A stretch of 64,000 nucleotides of DNA from Bacteroidales bacterium (GTDB taxonomy: Bacteria > Bacteroidota > Bacteroidia > Bacteroidales > UBA12077). The stretch's first letter is position 1. The number at the start of each line of letters is the position of its first letter. This document shows, one piece after another, positions 50,515 through 59,683 of this stretch. The stretch spans positions 100-64,099 of the forward strand of contig JAVEZW010000001.1 of the NCBI GenBank assembly GCA_034002805.1, in the 5' to 3' direction. Under the pieces are notes generated by a model, which worked only from the letters and a program-made list of their open reading frames with translations, was not told the origin of the DNA and ran no database searches. The position numbers and the translations under genes were made by a program.

Positions 50515-51462
50515 ATGTTACGAGAAGAAATAATAGAACAATTATCTGAGATAAACAACAATGATAATGCCGTTGAAATATATGTATTAGCTCAGCCAGA
50601 ACTTGATGCTGGAAATATTTCCGTTGACTTTTACAAAGCCCGTTTACACCAGAATTTGCCCGCTTCCATAAAGAATTTATTTTATCCTGTTATTGAACGA
50701 AAGCTTATTCGAAAAGAATATGATATTTTAGGCTATGATCCAAGCGTTACACCAGACAGAAATGTTATTTGGGAACAAAATTCAGATAATGTGCCTTTTT
50801 ATAATTATTTCCATAAACTAATTGAGACTAAGAATGAAATAGAATGGTATGATAGCGAAACTCTTCCATATGAAGATATTTGGGCATATTGGATTAAAGT
50901 CTATGGTAATGGGAATACTTTTTACCTAATAAAAAAGGTAACATCATCAAAAATAATAAAAACAGGAGGCAAACTGGCAATCGTTTTCGATGCAGATGTA
51001 TTTAAAAGCCTTGACAATGACGTGTTAACAATGGATGGTACTTTTGATGCCCTTTATTGTAACAACCATCTAATTTTTGAAAACAAACAGAATTTTGAAA
51101 ATGCTCTATTGTATCAGGAAGTAAAACAAACTGTTGCAGAAGAAACATTGGCCGAAATTGAAGAGATAGGTTTTGTAGAAAACTTTGACCATATGAAAGA
51201 ATTTTTAAAAGACGATTATCATTCAATTAATAAACTAAATAGGATTAAGGAAAAGCCCTATTTTAGAACACTAACATTTGCAGTATGTCATAGAATAATT
51301 AAGGAATACGGTGTTGATGTAGAAATTGACGAAACCAATAATAAATTTAATATTACTTCAAAAGCACAAGCAAAACACTTTATTAAAGTACTAAATGACG
51401 ATTATCTAAAATCTGAAATGACTGATTATAAATATGCTGCAAATAGTAAGGAAGGGATTTAA
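50515..51462 (+). CDS. 315-aa soluble protein, Kiwa KwaB (DUF4868)-like by size and context
   Basis: Tightly coupled to the preceding 4-TM gene. Size matches KwaB. Domain identity was not verifiable by eye. Confidence 0.4.
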   Translation: MLREEIIEQLSEINNNDNAVEIYVLAQPELDAGNISVDFYKARLHQNLPASIKNLFYPVIERKLIRKEYDILGYDPSVTPDRNVIWEQNSDNVPFYNYFHKLIETKNEIEWYDSETLPYEDIWAYWIKVYGNGNTFYLIKKVTSSKIIKTGGKLAIVFDADVFKSLDNDVLTMDGTFDALYCNNHLIFENKQNFENALLYQEVKQTVAEETLAEIEEIGFVENFDHMKEFLKDDYHSINKLNRIKEKPYFRTLTFAVCHRIIKEYGVDVEIDETNNKFNITSKAQAKHFIKVLNDDYLKSEMTDYKYAANSKEGI

Positions 51463-51501
51463 ATTGATGGTACTACATTAATAATCTGTAAGATAAGTCA
51501 T

Positions 51502-54500
51502 ATGAATAAAGAAAATATAAATCCTATCTCAGCCTTTAATAAATTAAGAACCTATCAACAAAAGGCATTTGATATGATGGTTTCATATTTTGAAGCCTAT
51601 CGAAATCTTCCAAGAAAAAAGACAGGTCTAGTAGCGATGCCTACTGGTAGCGGCAAAACACCTATAATGGCAGTTTTATCAAGATGTTATAACAATATAA
51701 ATAATGTACTTATTGTAAGTCCAAGAACAGCCGTTACAACTCAACTATATAATGAAATCTCAAAAGCTATATTTGAGGTTAAGTTTGAACTAACAATAGA
51801 AATTCCCAAAACAGTTATTAAGATTAAAACGAATTATGAGAAAATTCTTACTGAATATGACCAAACTGTTTTAATTACTACAATCCAAAAAATTGATTAT
51901 TTAGGAAAGAAAAAGACTGATATATATAATCATTTAATTAATAATACTGACTTAGTAATTTTTGATGAAGGACATTATGAGCCAGCAAGTTCCTGGAGTA
52001 AAACAATTCGTGCTTTCAATTGTCCTCGCATCATATTTTCTGCCACTCCTTTTCGTAATGATTTTAGAACGTTTGATATTGATTGGAACTATGCTTATAG
52101 TATTAGTTACAGCAAACTTAAGTCTTGGAAATTTTTAAGAAATGTTAAGTTTGAAGAAAAATCAGCTTTACCAGTACGAGAAGAATTTATAGATGATGTT
52201 ATTTTAGAGTATAACGATAAATTTGGTAATTCAGAAAAAGTTCATAGAGCTATTATAAATTGCGATAATCATACTACTATTCTTGAATTAGCTAGAATTC
52301 TACATAACAAGGATATACCATTTATTGCCATCCATGAAATCTTTACTCCTCAGTTCATAACTGAAAGCAATGTTGAATTTAGTTCAAATCTAAGTCGCCA
52401 TGTTCCTAAAGAGCCAGAATCAAAAGATTATAAAATATGGATACATCAATATAAACTTCTCGAAGGAATTGATATTCCAACACTCCAGATGTTGTTTATC
52501 TACCAGGATTTAAGAAATACGAGGTCTTTGATTCAACAAATCGGCAGAATAGTCCGGAATATAAATCGAGAAGATACACCCTCATATGTATATAACTATA
52601 CAGAAAATGATTATAAAGAAGAATGGGAAAGATATTTAGAAATTGATAGAAGTGAAGAAATTATTAAAGGTTTCAGCCAAAGCATTTTCGATTCGTTTGA
52701 AAGTATTCTACCGGAATCAACTTATATTAATGGGAAACTAAGAAAAAAATTCAATGTTCGTGAATTAGATTATGTAGACTCAGAAGAAATTTTAGATGAA
52801 ATTAGACTTCCTTTGAAAGTTAACTTAATAGAAACATTGGATGGTTTTAATTTTGAAACTTTCATTGAAGATGAAGTTGAAAAACATTTCCGAGAAAAGG
52901 ATAAAATAAGATTTGTGAATCCTGCCGGTGCAAATTCAATGTTTTATTACTATTTCACAGTAAAGAATTCCGATTTCTTATCAAAACAATATTTCCCTGA
53001 GATACGCCACGATGTATGTTATGTAAAATATTATAATGGGATATTAGCATTTTATGATAGCTCTGATTATTTACCAATTGGTAAATCTGAAAGCAGAGTT
53101 GGGATGAGTATTAGTCCTAGCAAACTGAAAAAATTATTTAAAGAAGAAAATGAATGCTACATAACAAGAGTTTCTTTAAAAAATTCAAGCTTTGGTTCGC
53201 GCGAAATTCGTTCACATTCTTTTATGGCACCTAATATTGAAGAGACAACTCCCTTTTTAAATGATTTCTCACATTTTACAAATTCTGTTTACGGTTATTA
53301 TACTGATAAAAAAACTTATAAAAACTCAAAGAACCAAAATCCACATGATAAAACATTAATTAAAACATATTTAGGATTTTCTAATGGAAGAATTAGCCAA
53401 ACTGAGTATCAAAATCTTAGTTTTCGAGAATATATCAATTGGATAAATTATGTATTAATAAATATAAATTCACAATCAACCCCTATTGGTACATTTAAAA
53501 GATACACCAGTGAACTATCACGCAGTTCCAATTTTGAGCCTAAAAACATACTTCTTGATTTAATTGAAATTGAAAACGAATACTCATTGAAATTTGATGG
53601 GAATTACGTTGAAAGTCGAGAACTAATTAATGATAGATGTATTGATATTAATAAAAATGAAAATAAGTCCTTTTTCAACTTAGATGTAAATGGTACAACA
53701 TATGAAATTTCAATAATTTATGATTTAGCTCGTAAAAAATATATACTGGAAAATTCTGATTTATATACCAAACTAATTTGTCACTCAAAAGCAAATTTAT
53801 ATAGTGAAATTAGTTTAATACAAATATTGAATGAGCGTCAAGCTTTTAGAGTATTGACTTCTGATAATAAAATGTATTCGGCAGGTTCCTTTTACAATCC
53901 ATCATTAAAATACGGAGACCAGTATGACTCTAAGACTTCTCAAATTGAAAGAATTTTATTTCCTATTAATGAATTACTTCAAATTGGTTCTGAAAAGGGT
54001 ACTGCTTCAAGACAAAATAACGAAAAATGGGATGTTAATACATTATTTAACTTAATTGATGAATTAGGCAATGGAAGCCAATTAGAAAGTCATTTTTTCG
54101 AAAACAATAAAGATGATATTGAGTTTTTGATTTGTGATGATATGGGCACTGAAACTGCTGATTTTTGGCTTGTCAAATCAAATAAAATTGTTCAAATTCA
54201 TTTAAAAGGTATTGGCAATGATTCAAATGCCAGACCTAAAGTTTTTGGAGCCACCGGTATTAGTGAAGTTTGCAATCAAGCAATAAAAAACATTCATTAT
54301 TTATCAATGTTTGACGAAAGCAAACCAGGTCTGAACAAATGGAGAAATCAATGGAGTATTAATGAAAAAAATGACTTTATTGTAAATTCAAGAATTAGAT
54401 ATAGTCGTGATGGGATTTCTGAACCTGAAGTAATTTGGAATAGAATTTCAGAATTGAAATCAAATCCATTAGTAGATAAAGAAGTTTGGCTTGTTTTAGG

Positions 54501-54648
54501 TAAACTTTTTTCTAAGGAAGGTTTTGTTACACAAATTAAAAAAAGTAACCCTCAAGCAGCAGCACTTCAATCTTATTTAACCCTTCAGGGTACATTAGCT
54601 AATATTGCTTCAGTGGGTGCAAAATTAAAGGTATTTTGTTATAAGTAA
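51502..54648 (+). CDS. SF2 (ResIII/DEAD-like) helicase with ~650-aa uncharacterised C-terminal region
   Basis: LRTYQ, motif I AMPTGSGKT, motif II FDEGHY, motif III SATP, LLEGIDIP, motif VI QQIGRIVR. A possible PD-(D/E)xK-like segment near the C-terminus: CDDMGTETADFWLV...IVQIHLKG. Confidence 0.8.
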   Translation: MNKENINPISAFNKLRTYQQKAFDMMVSYFEAYRNLPRKKTGLVAMPTGSGKTPIMAVLSRCYNNINNVLIVSPRTAVTTQLYNEISKAIFEVKFELTIEIPKTVIKIKTNYEKILTEYDQTVLITTIQKIDYLGKKKTDIYNHLINNTDLVIFDEGHYEPASSWSKTIRAFNCPRIIFSATPFRNDFRTFDIDWNYAYSISYSKLKSWKFLRNVKFEEKSALPVREEFIDDVILEYNDKFGNSEKVHRAIINCDNHTTILELARILHNKDIPFIAIHEIFTPQFITESNVEFSSNLSRHVPKEPESKDYKIWIHQYKLLEGIDIPTLQMLFIYQDLRNTRSLIQQIGRIVRNINREDTPSYVYNYTENDYKEEWERYLEIDRSEEIIKGFSQSIFDSFESILPESTYINGKLRKKFNVRELDYVDSEEILDEIRLPLKVNLIETLDGFNFETFIEDEVEKHFREKDKIRFVNPAGANSMFYYYFTVKNSDFLSKQYFPEIRHDVCYVKYYNGILAFYDSSDYLPIGKSESRVGMSISPSKLKKLFKEENECYITRVSLKNSSFGSREIRSHSFMAPNIEETTPFLNDFSHFTNSVYGYYTDKKTYKNSKNQNPHDKTLIKTYLGFSNGRISQTEYQNLSFREYINWINYVLININSQSTPIGTFKRYTSELSRSSNFEPKNILLDLIEIENEYSLKFDGNYVESRELINDRCIDINKNENKSFFNLDVNGTTYEISIIYDLARKKYILENSDLYTKLICHSKANLYSEISLIQILNERQAFRVLTSDNKMYSAGSFYNPSLKYGDQYDSKTSQIERILFPINELLQIGSEKGTASRQNNEKWDVNTLFNLIDELGNGSQLESHFFENNKDDIEFLICDDMGTETADFWLVKSNKIVQIHLKGIGNDSNARPKVFGATGISEVCNQAIKNIHYLSMFDESKPGLNKWRNQWSINEKNDFIVNSRIRYSRDGISEPEVIWNRISELKSNPLVDKEVWLVLGKLFSKEGFVTQIKKSNPQAAALQSYLTLQGTLANIASVGAKLKVFCYK

Positions 54649-54782
54649 TTATAAAATTGGATATAAAACAATGTTTTCCACCACAATTTGCAAGCACATT
54701 ACCATAGTCCCACAAGCCAAAGGTGAACCAAAGCTTTGTCAAAGAGGGCAATTTTGCAAATTTTGAATTTAAAATTTTGTAT

Positions 54783-55934
54783 ATGACTGAGATTATATAT
54801 AATGATGATTTAAAAGAAATTCAATTTTCTGGAAAAATAACTTCGTTTATTTTTTACAGTCAATTTTTTGAAGCTTTAAACTTACATTACAAACTCAATG
54901 GATGTAATCGCATACCGACATTTTCATTTGAGTGTGTTGAACACTTTGATGCAACAGTTCTCCCAAATTTAATTGGCATAGGATTAATCATCAATAAGAT
55001 TCATGGGGTAGAGAAAAAAATTCCACTCAAATTTGCAAGAATATCTTCTTCAAAATTTCTTGATAATGCTGGTTTTTTTGATAATGTTGGAGAGGAAAAG
55101 AATTTCAGTGAGATTATAAATATTGATGGATTTAAAAATGAGGTTATAAAAAAACAAGGTTTAAACCTATTTGATTTCGATCCGAGACAATTGGGATTTT
55201 ATAATAACCAACATATTCAAAAGCAATATAATAACGAGCACAAAGTTCATGTTTATAATGACTCATCTTATGAGTATTACAAGCTCTTTTCTGACCCGGA
55301 TATTAAGAAAGAAAATTTAGATACTTTTTTAAATGCTGTTCGGACTAATAAATTCAATGATTTAAAACCATTTATTGAAAAGCACTATTATAATATTCTT
55401 TATAGAGAAAAGAGACCTTTAAATGAAGTTAAAATTATTTTAAATGTTATATCTGAACTTGTATGCAATTCCATTCTTTACAGTGGCTCAATATGTGCTG
55501 CTATGCTTCAATCCAAAGATAATAAAACCATTATTTCTGTTTCTGATTTTGGAGTAGGTTTTGAGTATTCATTTAATTTAAAACCCAACTTTGAATATTT
55601 AGTTTTTAAAGCATATGGTAAAATAGAAAATGATAACCTGAAAAAGTATTTGTTGATATTTGAAGCTTTGAATTATTCAAAAAATAAAAACAGAGCAAAT
55701 CTTTTTACTCTCCTTAGATATGTAATTAACAATGGTGGTAAAATGAGAATTCACTATGATACTACTCAAGTTGTATTTACCTCAAATAGGTGTAGCAAAT
55801 GTGAAGACATTGAACCAATTAAATGTTCAAGATGCTTGTTAAACAATAAGTCTGATGATCAGCTTATTTCACCAGTGCGTTTTTTTAAAGATATTTTTCA
55901 AGGTGTCCATATCGAAGTTGAACTCAATTTTTAA
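54783..55934 (+). CDS. GHKL/HATPase_c-like ATPase-fold protein with C-terminal Cys pairs (alternative GTG start 54723)
   Basis: N-box-like ELVCNSILY, G1-box VSDFGVGF, NNGGKMRIHY. CSKCEDIEPIKCSRC is a possible zinc ribbon. Confidence 0.4.
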   Translation: MTEIIYNDDLKEIQFSGKITSFIFYSQFFEALNLHYKLNGCNRIPTFSFECVEHFDATVLPNLIGIGLIINKIHGVEKKIPLKFARISSSKFLDNAGFFDNVGEEKNFSEIINIDGFKNEVIKKQGLNLFDFDPRQLGFYNNQHIQKQYNNEHKVHVYNDSSYEYYKLFSDPDIKKENLDTFLNAVRTNKFNDLKPFIEKHYYNILYREKRPLNEVKIILNVISELVCNSILYSGSICAAMLQSKDNKTIISVSDFGVGFEYSFNLKPNFEYLVFKAYGKIENDNLKKYLLIFEALNYSKNKNRANLFTLLRYVINNGGKMRIHYDTTQVVFTSNRCSKCEDIEPIKCSRCLLNNKSDDQLISPVRFFKDIFQGVHIEVELNF

Positions 55935-55938
55935 TTCT

Positions 55939-56973
55939 ATGCTATATTCTGCTATAAATATTGATGGGAAATTGCATATACTATTGCATGTTGAGCAAGT
56001 ATATCAAAATTTTAACAGATTTAATCATAATCTGGGGTATTTCACCTCTGAATTAACACTTGATACGACCTTAAGAGTTGAAGAGGAAATTAAGTTGGGT
56101 TTGAATTTTAATAGTATTATAATTGACTGTAATCTTTTAGAGGAAAGTAGAAATAGTAATAATGAATTTCTAAGAATTTTCGATTATTGTAAAGAAAGAA
56201 ACTTTTCTTTTTCAATTATTAGAATCCAAAAAAACTTATATTCTGATTTACAATGTCATGCTGTAAAACTAAAACATAATCTATTTGAAGAAATAGACAC
56301 AAATAGTAACTGTTTTAATTTATTTTCAAATAAAGAATCATCAATTAATTATGAAAACTTTGATAGATTTATCTATGATTATTATGGTAACACTATTCTT
56401 CATAATGGGATAAGAGACAAATATTGGTCTGAGAAAATTCCAGATTATAGTGATTCTAGTAATGTAAGGTTACCAAAATACATAAATATAAAGAAATTTA
56501 TAGAAGACACTGAAGTTTCCTTTCTTGGCTTATATCTATTATGCAAGAAAGCTGTTGAATTAAGTATTATTCCGAGGTTAAACAATAGCCAAAATAGACC
56601 AATTGCTTTTTTTCAATCCATAATAGGTGGCTATCTTGCCTCCATAATTTCTAAAATAGCAATTATGGATATTGCCTACTTTGATCACATTGGACCTATT
56701 AGTAAAATATACAAAACTGTGCAAAAAAACAGTTTTTTAAAAAATAACAATTATATCTTGATCTCTGATGTTATTTGTATGGGAACTGAAATTCAAATCG
56801 CAAAGAATATCATAGAACATGAACATTCTAATGTGGTTGGGTTAATGTCAATAGTTGAGGTTGAGGTAATTGACAAACCAAAGAAAGGCAATAATTGTTC
56901 GTTATTTACCTTAACCAATAAAAACAATGATGAAATAAAATACAAAATATTAACAAATTTTGCCAATGAGTAG
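55939..56973 (+). CDS. protein with C-terminal phosphoribosyltransferase (type I PRT)-like domain
   Basis: PRPP-loop-like NNYILISDVICMGTEIQIAKNII preceded by IAFFQSIIGGYLASIISKI. ATG lies 4 nt after the upstream stop; the track ORF start at 55855 overlaps the upstream gene. Confidence 0.45.
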   Translation: MLYSAINIDGKLHILLHVEQVYQNFNRFNHNLGYFTSELTLDTTLRVEEEIKLGLNFNSIIIDCNLLEESRNSNNEFLRIFDYCKERNFSFSIIRIQKNLYSDLQCHAVKLKHNLFEEIDTNSNCFNLFSNKESSINYENFDRFIYDYYGNTILHNGIRDKYWSEKIPDYSDSSNVRLPKYINIKKFIEDTEVSFLGLYLLCKKAVELSIIPRLNNSQNRPIAFFQSIIGGYLASIISKIAIMDIAYFDHIGPISKIYKTVQKNSFLKNNNYILISDVICMGTEIQIAKNIIEHEHSNVVGLMSIVEVEVIDKPKKGNNCSLFTLTNKNNDEIKYKILTNFANE

Positions 56974-58672
56974 TGCTATATTACATATTTCCGATCTTCA
57001 TTTTGTTTTGCCAATTGATAATGCTAAAACAAGATATAATGACGATTTCGAAACTACTTTTATTAAAAGTTGTAAAATTGCGGAATCAAAGCATAAAATT
57101 AAAATCAAATATCTCGTAGTTTCTGGAGATATTGCAAATACCTCAAAAGAAAAAGAGTATCAAAAAGCTTTTTCATTTTTAAAGAAAATTATTGGAGAGA
57201 TTAAAATTGATTTTAAAAATGTATTGATCTGTCCAGGAAATCACGATATATCTTGGGCTGCTTTAGATACTACAATCGAAGAATTAAGCATTGGTGACAA
57301 TCAAAAAGTTTATGAACAGCACGAGGTGAAATTTAAATTTTTTAAATCATTCTATGATAATTTCTTTAGTACCATTGGAAAAACATTTGATCCAAAACAA
57401 GCAGTTTTTGATTCTATTATTGATGAAGAAGATAAGTTAATAATTCTTGGCATTAACAGTGGTTATCACGAAAGTAATCAGGATTTTGATCATTTTGGAT
57501 TTATTGATAAGGAAAAACTCCAATCCCAAATTATGTCATTAAACCTTGAATCAAAAAAAGAATATAGTAGAATTGCAGTAATGCATCACAATCCGAAAGA
57601 TTTACACAAAGAAAAGCATAATTTAAAAAATTGGAAAGAAGTAAGCGCTTGTTTGCTTCAATATTTCCCTTCAATAGTATGCGGACATTTACATGGATCA
57701 GATGGTGAAGCTCTAATACATACAGATGATGCTATAGCTTATTTTGTTTCAGTTGGTAGCCTTTCTAAAAACAATATTGATAATACATTCAATTTATATA
57801 CGAATTTAAATAACGAGCAAGCTAAAGTATTATTTTACCAATTAATTGATCCAGATACGAAGCCTGCATGGCAATATTTGTCTGAAAAGAAAGCAAAAAC
57901 AAATTTTGCAATCAAAATGTCTTCGGATAAACCTATAACAAACATTGACGAAACCTCCGATTGGAATAAAATTGCAAATGAGCATTACTCCAAAACAAAA
58001 GAAAACACACAAAAACCGAAGCAAAATATTACTGAAATTGAATCTTTAAATGATTTTGACTTAATAACCTATATTCGTGTAAATAAATTATTCAAAACAG
58101 GTCATTTTCACTGGACAGAGAACTTTAGAAGCCATGGACTTATTGATATTAACTATTTGGTTTCAAAAAAAGAAACATTAGAATACTTGACAAAGGAGTT
58201 TTATAATAAAATTTTAGTGTGTGCAGAAAAAAAATTAGAAAATGTAATAATTATCGCAGTTGGAATAGAGTGTAATATTATTGGGGCTAGATTGTCAGCA
58301 CTTTTTCCAAAATATCATTATAGTTTCATCCCTGATCCTGATAAAAAAGATTTTTCTTCAATTGAACGAGAAGTTAAACTAGGACACTTTGAACACATAA
58401 TAATAATAAAAGATATAATTTTCGAAGCCGAATCCTCAAAACAGCTGTTAATACATTTGGAGGCCTCTACCAAAAAAAATATTTTTATTTTTTCAATCTT
58501 TTATTGCGGTGAAAAAAGCCGAGAACTGAATTTATTCAGTGATTTCAGTAATGTAATTTTTTCTTCCGTTTGTAATGATATCGAAATACATAGGTGCAAT
58601 TATAGCTATGATGGTGGTTTAAATGATTGCCCTATTCATAAATATAAATTAGAAACTCATTTTGAACGATAA
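56966..58672 (+). CDS. calcineurin-like metallophosphoesterase fused to a PRTase-like C-terminal domain
   Basis: MPE motifs ILHISDLHF, VVSGDIAN, CPGNHD, VMHHNP, CGHLHG. C-terminal KTGHFHWTENFRSHGLIDINYL, VIIIAVGIECNIIGARL and HIIIIKDIIFEAES follow the OPRT-like PRT topology with a degenerate PRPP loop. 8-nt overlap with the upstream gene. Confidence 0.6.
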   Translation: MSSAILHISDLHFVLPIDNAKTRYNDDFETTFIKSCKIAESKHKIKIKYLVVSGDIANTSKEKEYQKAFSFLKKIIGEIKIDFKNVLICPGNHDISWAALDTTIEELSIGDNQKVYEQHEVKFKFFKSFYDNFFSTIGKTFDPKQAVFDSIIDEEDKLIILGINSGYHESNQDFDHFGFIDKEKLQSQIMSLNLESKKEYSRIAVMHHNPKDLHKEKHNLKNWKEVSACLLQYFPSIVCGHLHGSDGEALIHTDDAIAYFVSVGSLSKNNIDNTFNLYTNLNNEQAKVLFYQLIDPDTKPAWQYLSEKKAKTNFAIKMSSDKPITNIDETSDWNKIANEHYSKTKENTQKPKQNITEIESLNDFDLITYIRVNKLFKTGHFHWTENFRSHGLIDINYLVSKKETLEYLTKEFYNKILVCAEKKLENVIIIAVGIECNIIGARLSALFPKYHYSFIPDPDKKDFSSIEREVKLGHFEHIIIIKDIIFEAESSKQLLIHLEASTKKNIFIFSIFYCGEKSRELNLFSDFSNVIFSSVCNDIEIHRCNYSYDGGLNDCPIHKYKLETHFER

Positions 58673-58681
58673 ACTTTATAT

Positions 58682-59299
58682 ATGAGAATTATTGAACCAT
58701 ATTTTATAATTGAGTCTAGAGTTGACGGCAATTATATATTAAAACAAATTGAAAAAGCTGGTCGTACAGCTTATAAAAGTGAAGACCAGATTACAATGAA
58801 TTCGGCAGTTGAATTTGTTGAAATGATTAATAAAAGAGGTCATCATTCTGTAATTGAACACGAATGTGTAACTGTTAGAATTATTTGTGACAGAGGTGTT
58901 ACTCATGAAATTGTAAGACACAGATTAGCCAGTTATACTCAGGAGTCAACAAGATATTGTAATTATACTAAAGGGAAATTTGGAGCCGAAATAACAGTTA
59001 TTAAACCATGCTTTTGGAATGAAAATGATGAAAAATACATTGTTTGGAAAGAAACAATTCATCAATTAGAAATATCCTATAATAAACTTATTGAATTGGG
59101 GGCAAGTCCGCAAGAAGCAAGAAGTGTTTTACCAAACTCATTAAAAACAGAAATAGTTATGACGATGAACTTGAGGGAATGGAAACATTTTTTTAAATTG
59201 AGAACATCAGAAGGTGCACATCCACAAATGAGAGAAATTGCTGTTCCATTATTAAAAGAGTTTCAAAGTAAAATTCCTATTATATTTGATGACTTATGA
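58682..59299 (+). CDS. thyX: FAD-dependent thymidylate synthase ThyX
   Basis: ThyX signature RHRLASYTQESTRY (RHRxxSxxxxSxR), HHSVIEH, LREWKHFFKLR; 205 aa. Confidence 0.85.
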   Translation: MRIIEPYFIIESRVDGNYILKQIEKAGRTAYKSEDQITMNSAVEFVEMINKRGHHSVIEHECVTVRIICDRGVTHEIVRHRLASYTQESTRYCNYTKGKFGAEITVIKPCFWNENDEKYIVWKETIHQLEISYNKLIELGASPQEARSVLPNSLKTEIVMTMNLREWKHFFKLRTSEGAHPQMREIAVPLLKEFQSKIPIIFDDL

Positions 59300-59500
59300 T
59301 CTCAACACGTAAAGACCCTAGCCCTTAGGCAAGCTTTAGGTTTCGTAGATCTTAACCAATATAATAGTTTTTTCTATCAAATATAAACCCATTCCACCCT
59401 GCCCTATACACAACATTTTTCATTTTCCAACTCCAATTCAATCGCATTTCATTTTCATTTAGTACCTTTAGCATTCATAAAAATACAGGCTATAATTAGC

Positions 59501-59683
59501 ATGACTAACTTTCAGGATAAAGCGAATTTTATTTGGTATATTGCTGATTTGCTCAGTGACGATTACAAACAAGCCGAATATGGTAAAGTAATTTTACCTT
59601 TCACTTTTCTGCACCGGCTCGATTGCATTTTGCAAGAAACAAAACCCGATATTCTTAAACACTATGAAAAAGTTAAATCGTAA
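59501..59683 (+). pseudogene. 5' remnant of a second, different hsdM gene
   Basis: MTNFQDKANFIWYIADLLSDDYKQAEYGKVILPFTFLHRLDCILQETK is a classic HsdM N-terminal domain start. It stops after 60 codons and the downstream sequence is degenerate. Confidence 0.7.

Noticed and set aside
55855-55938. Upstream extension of the PRT-like gene as given in the ORF track (start 55855)
   Set aside because: The extension overlaps the last 80 nt of the preceding gene in another frame. An ATG at 55939, 4 nt after the upstream stop, gives a compact coupled arrangement.
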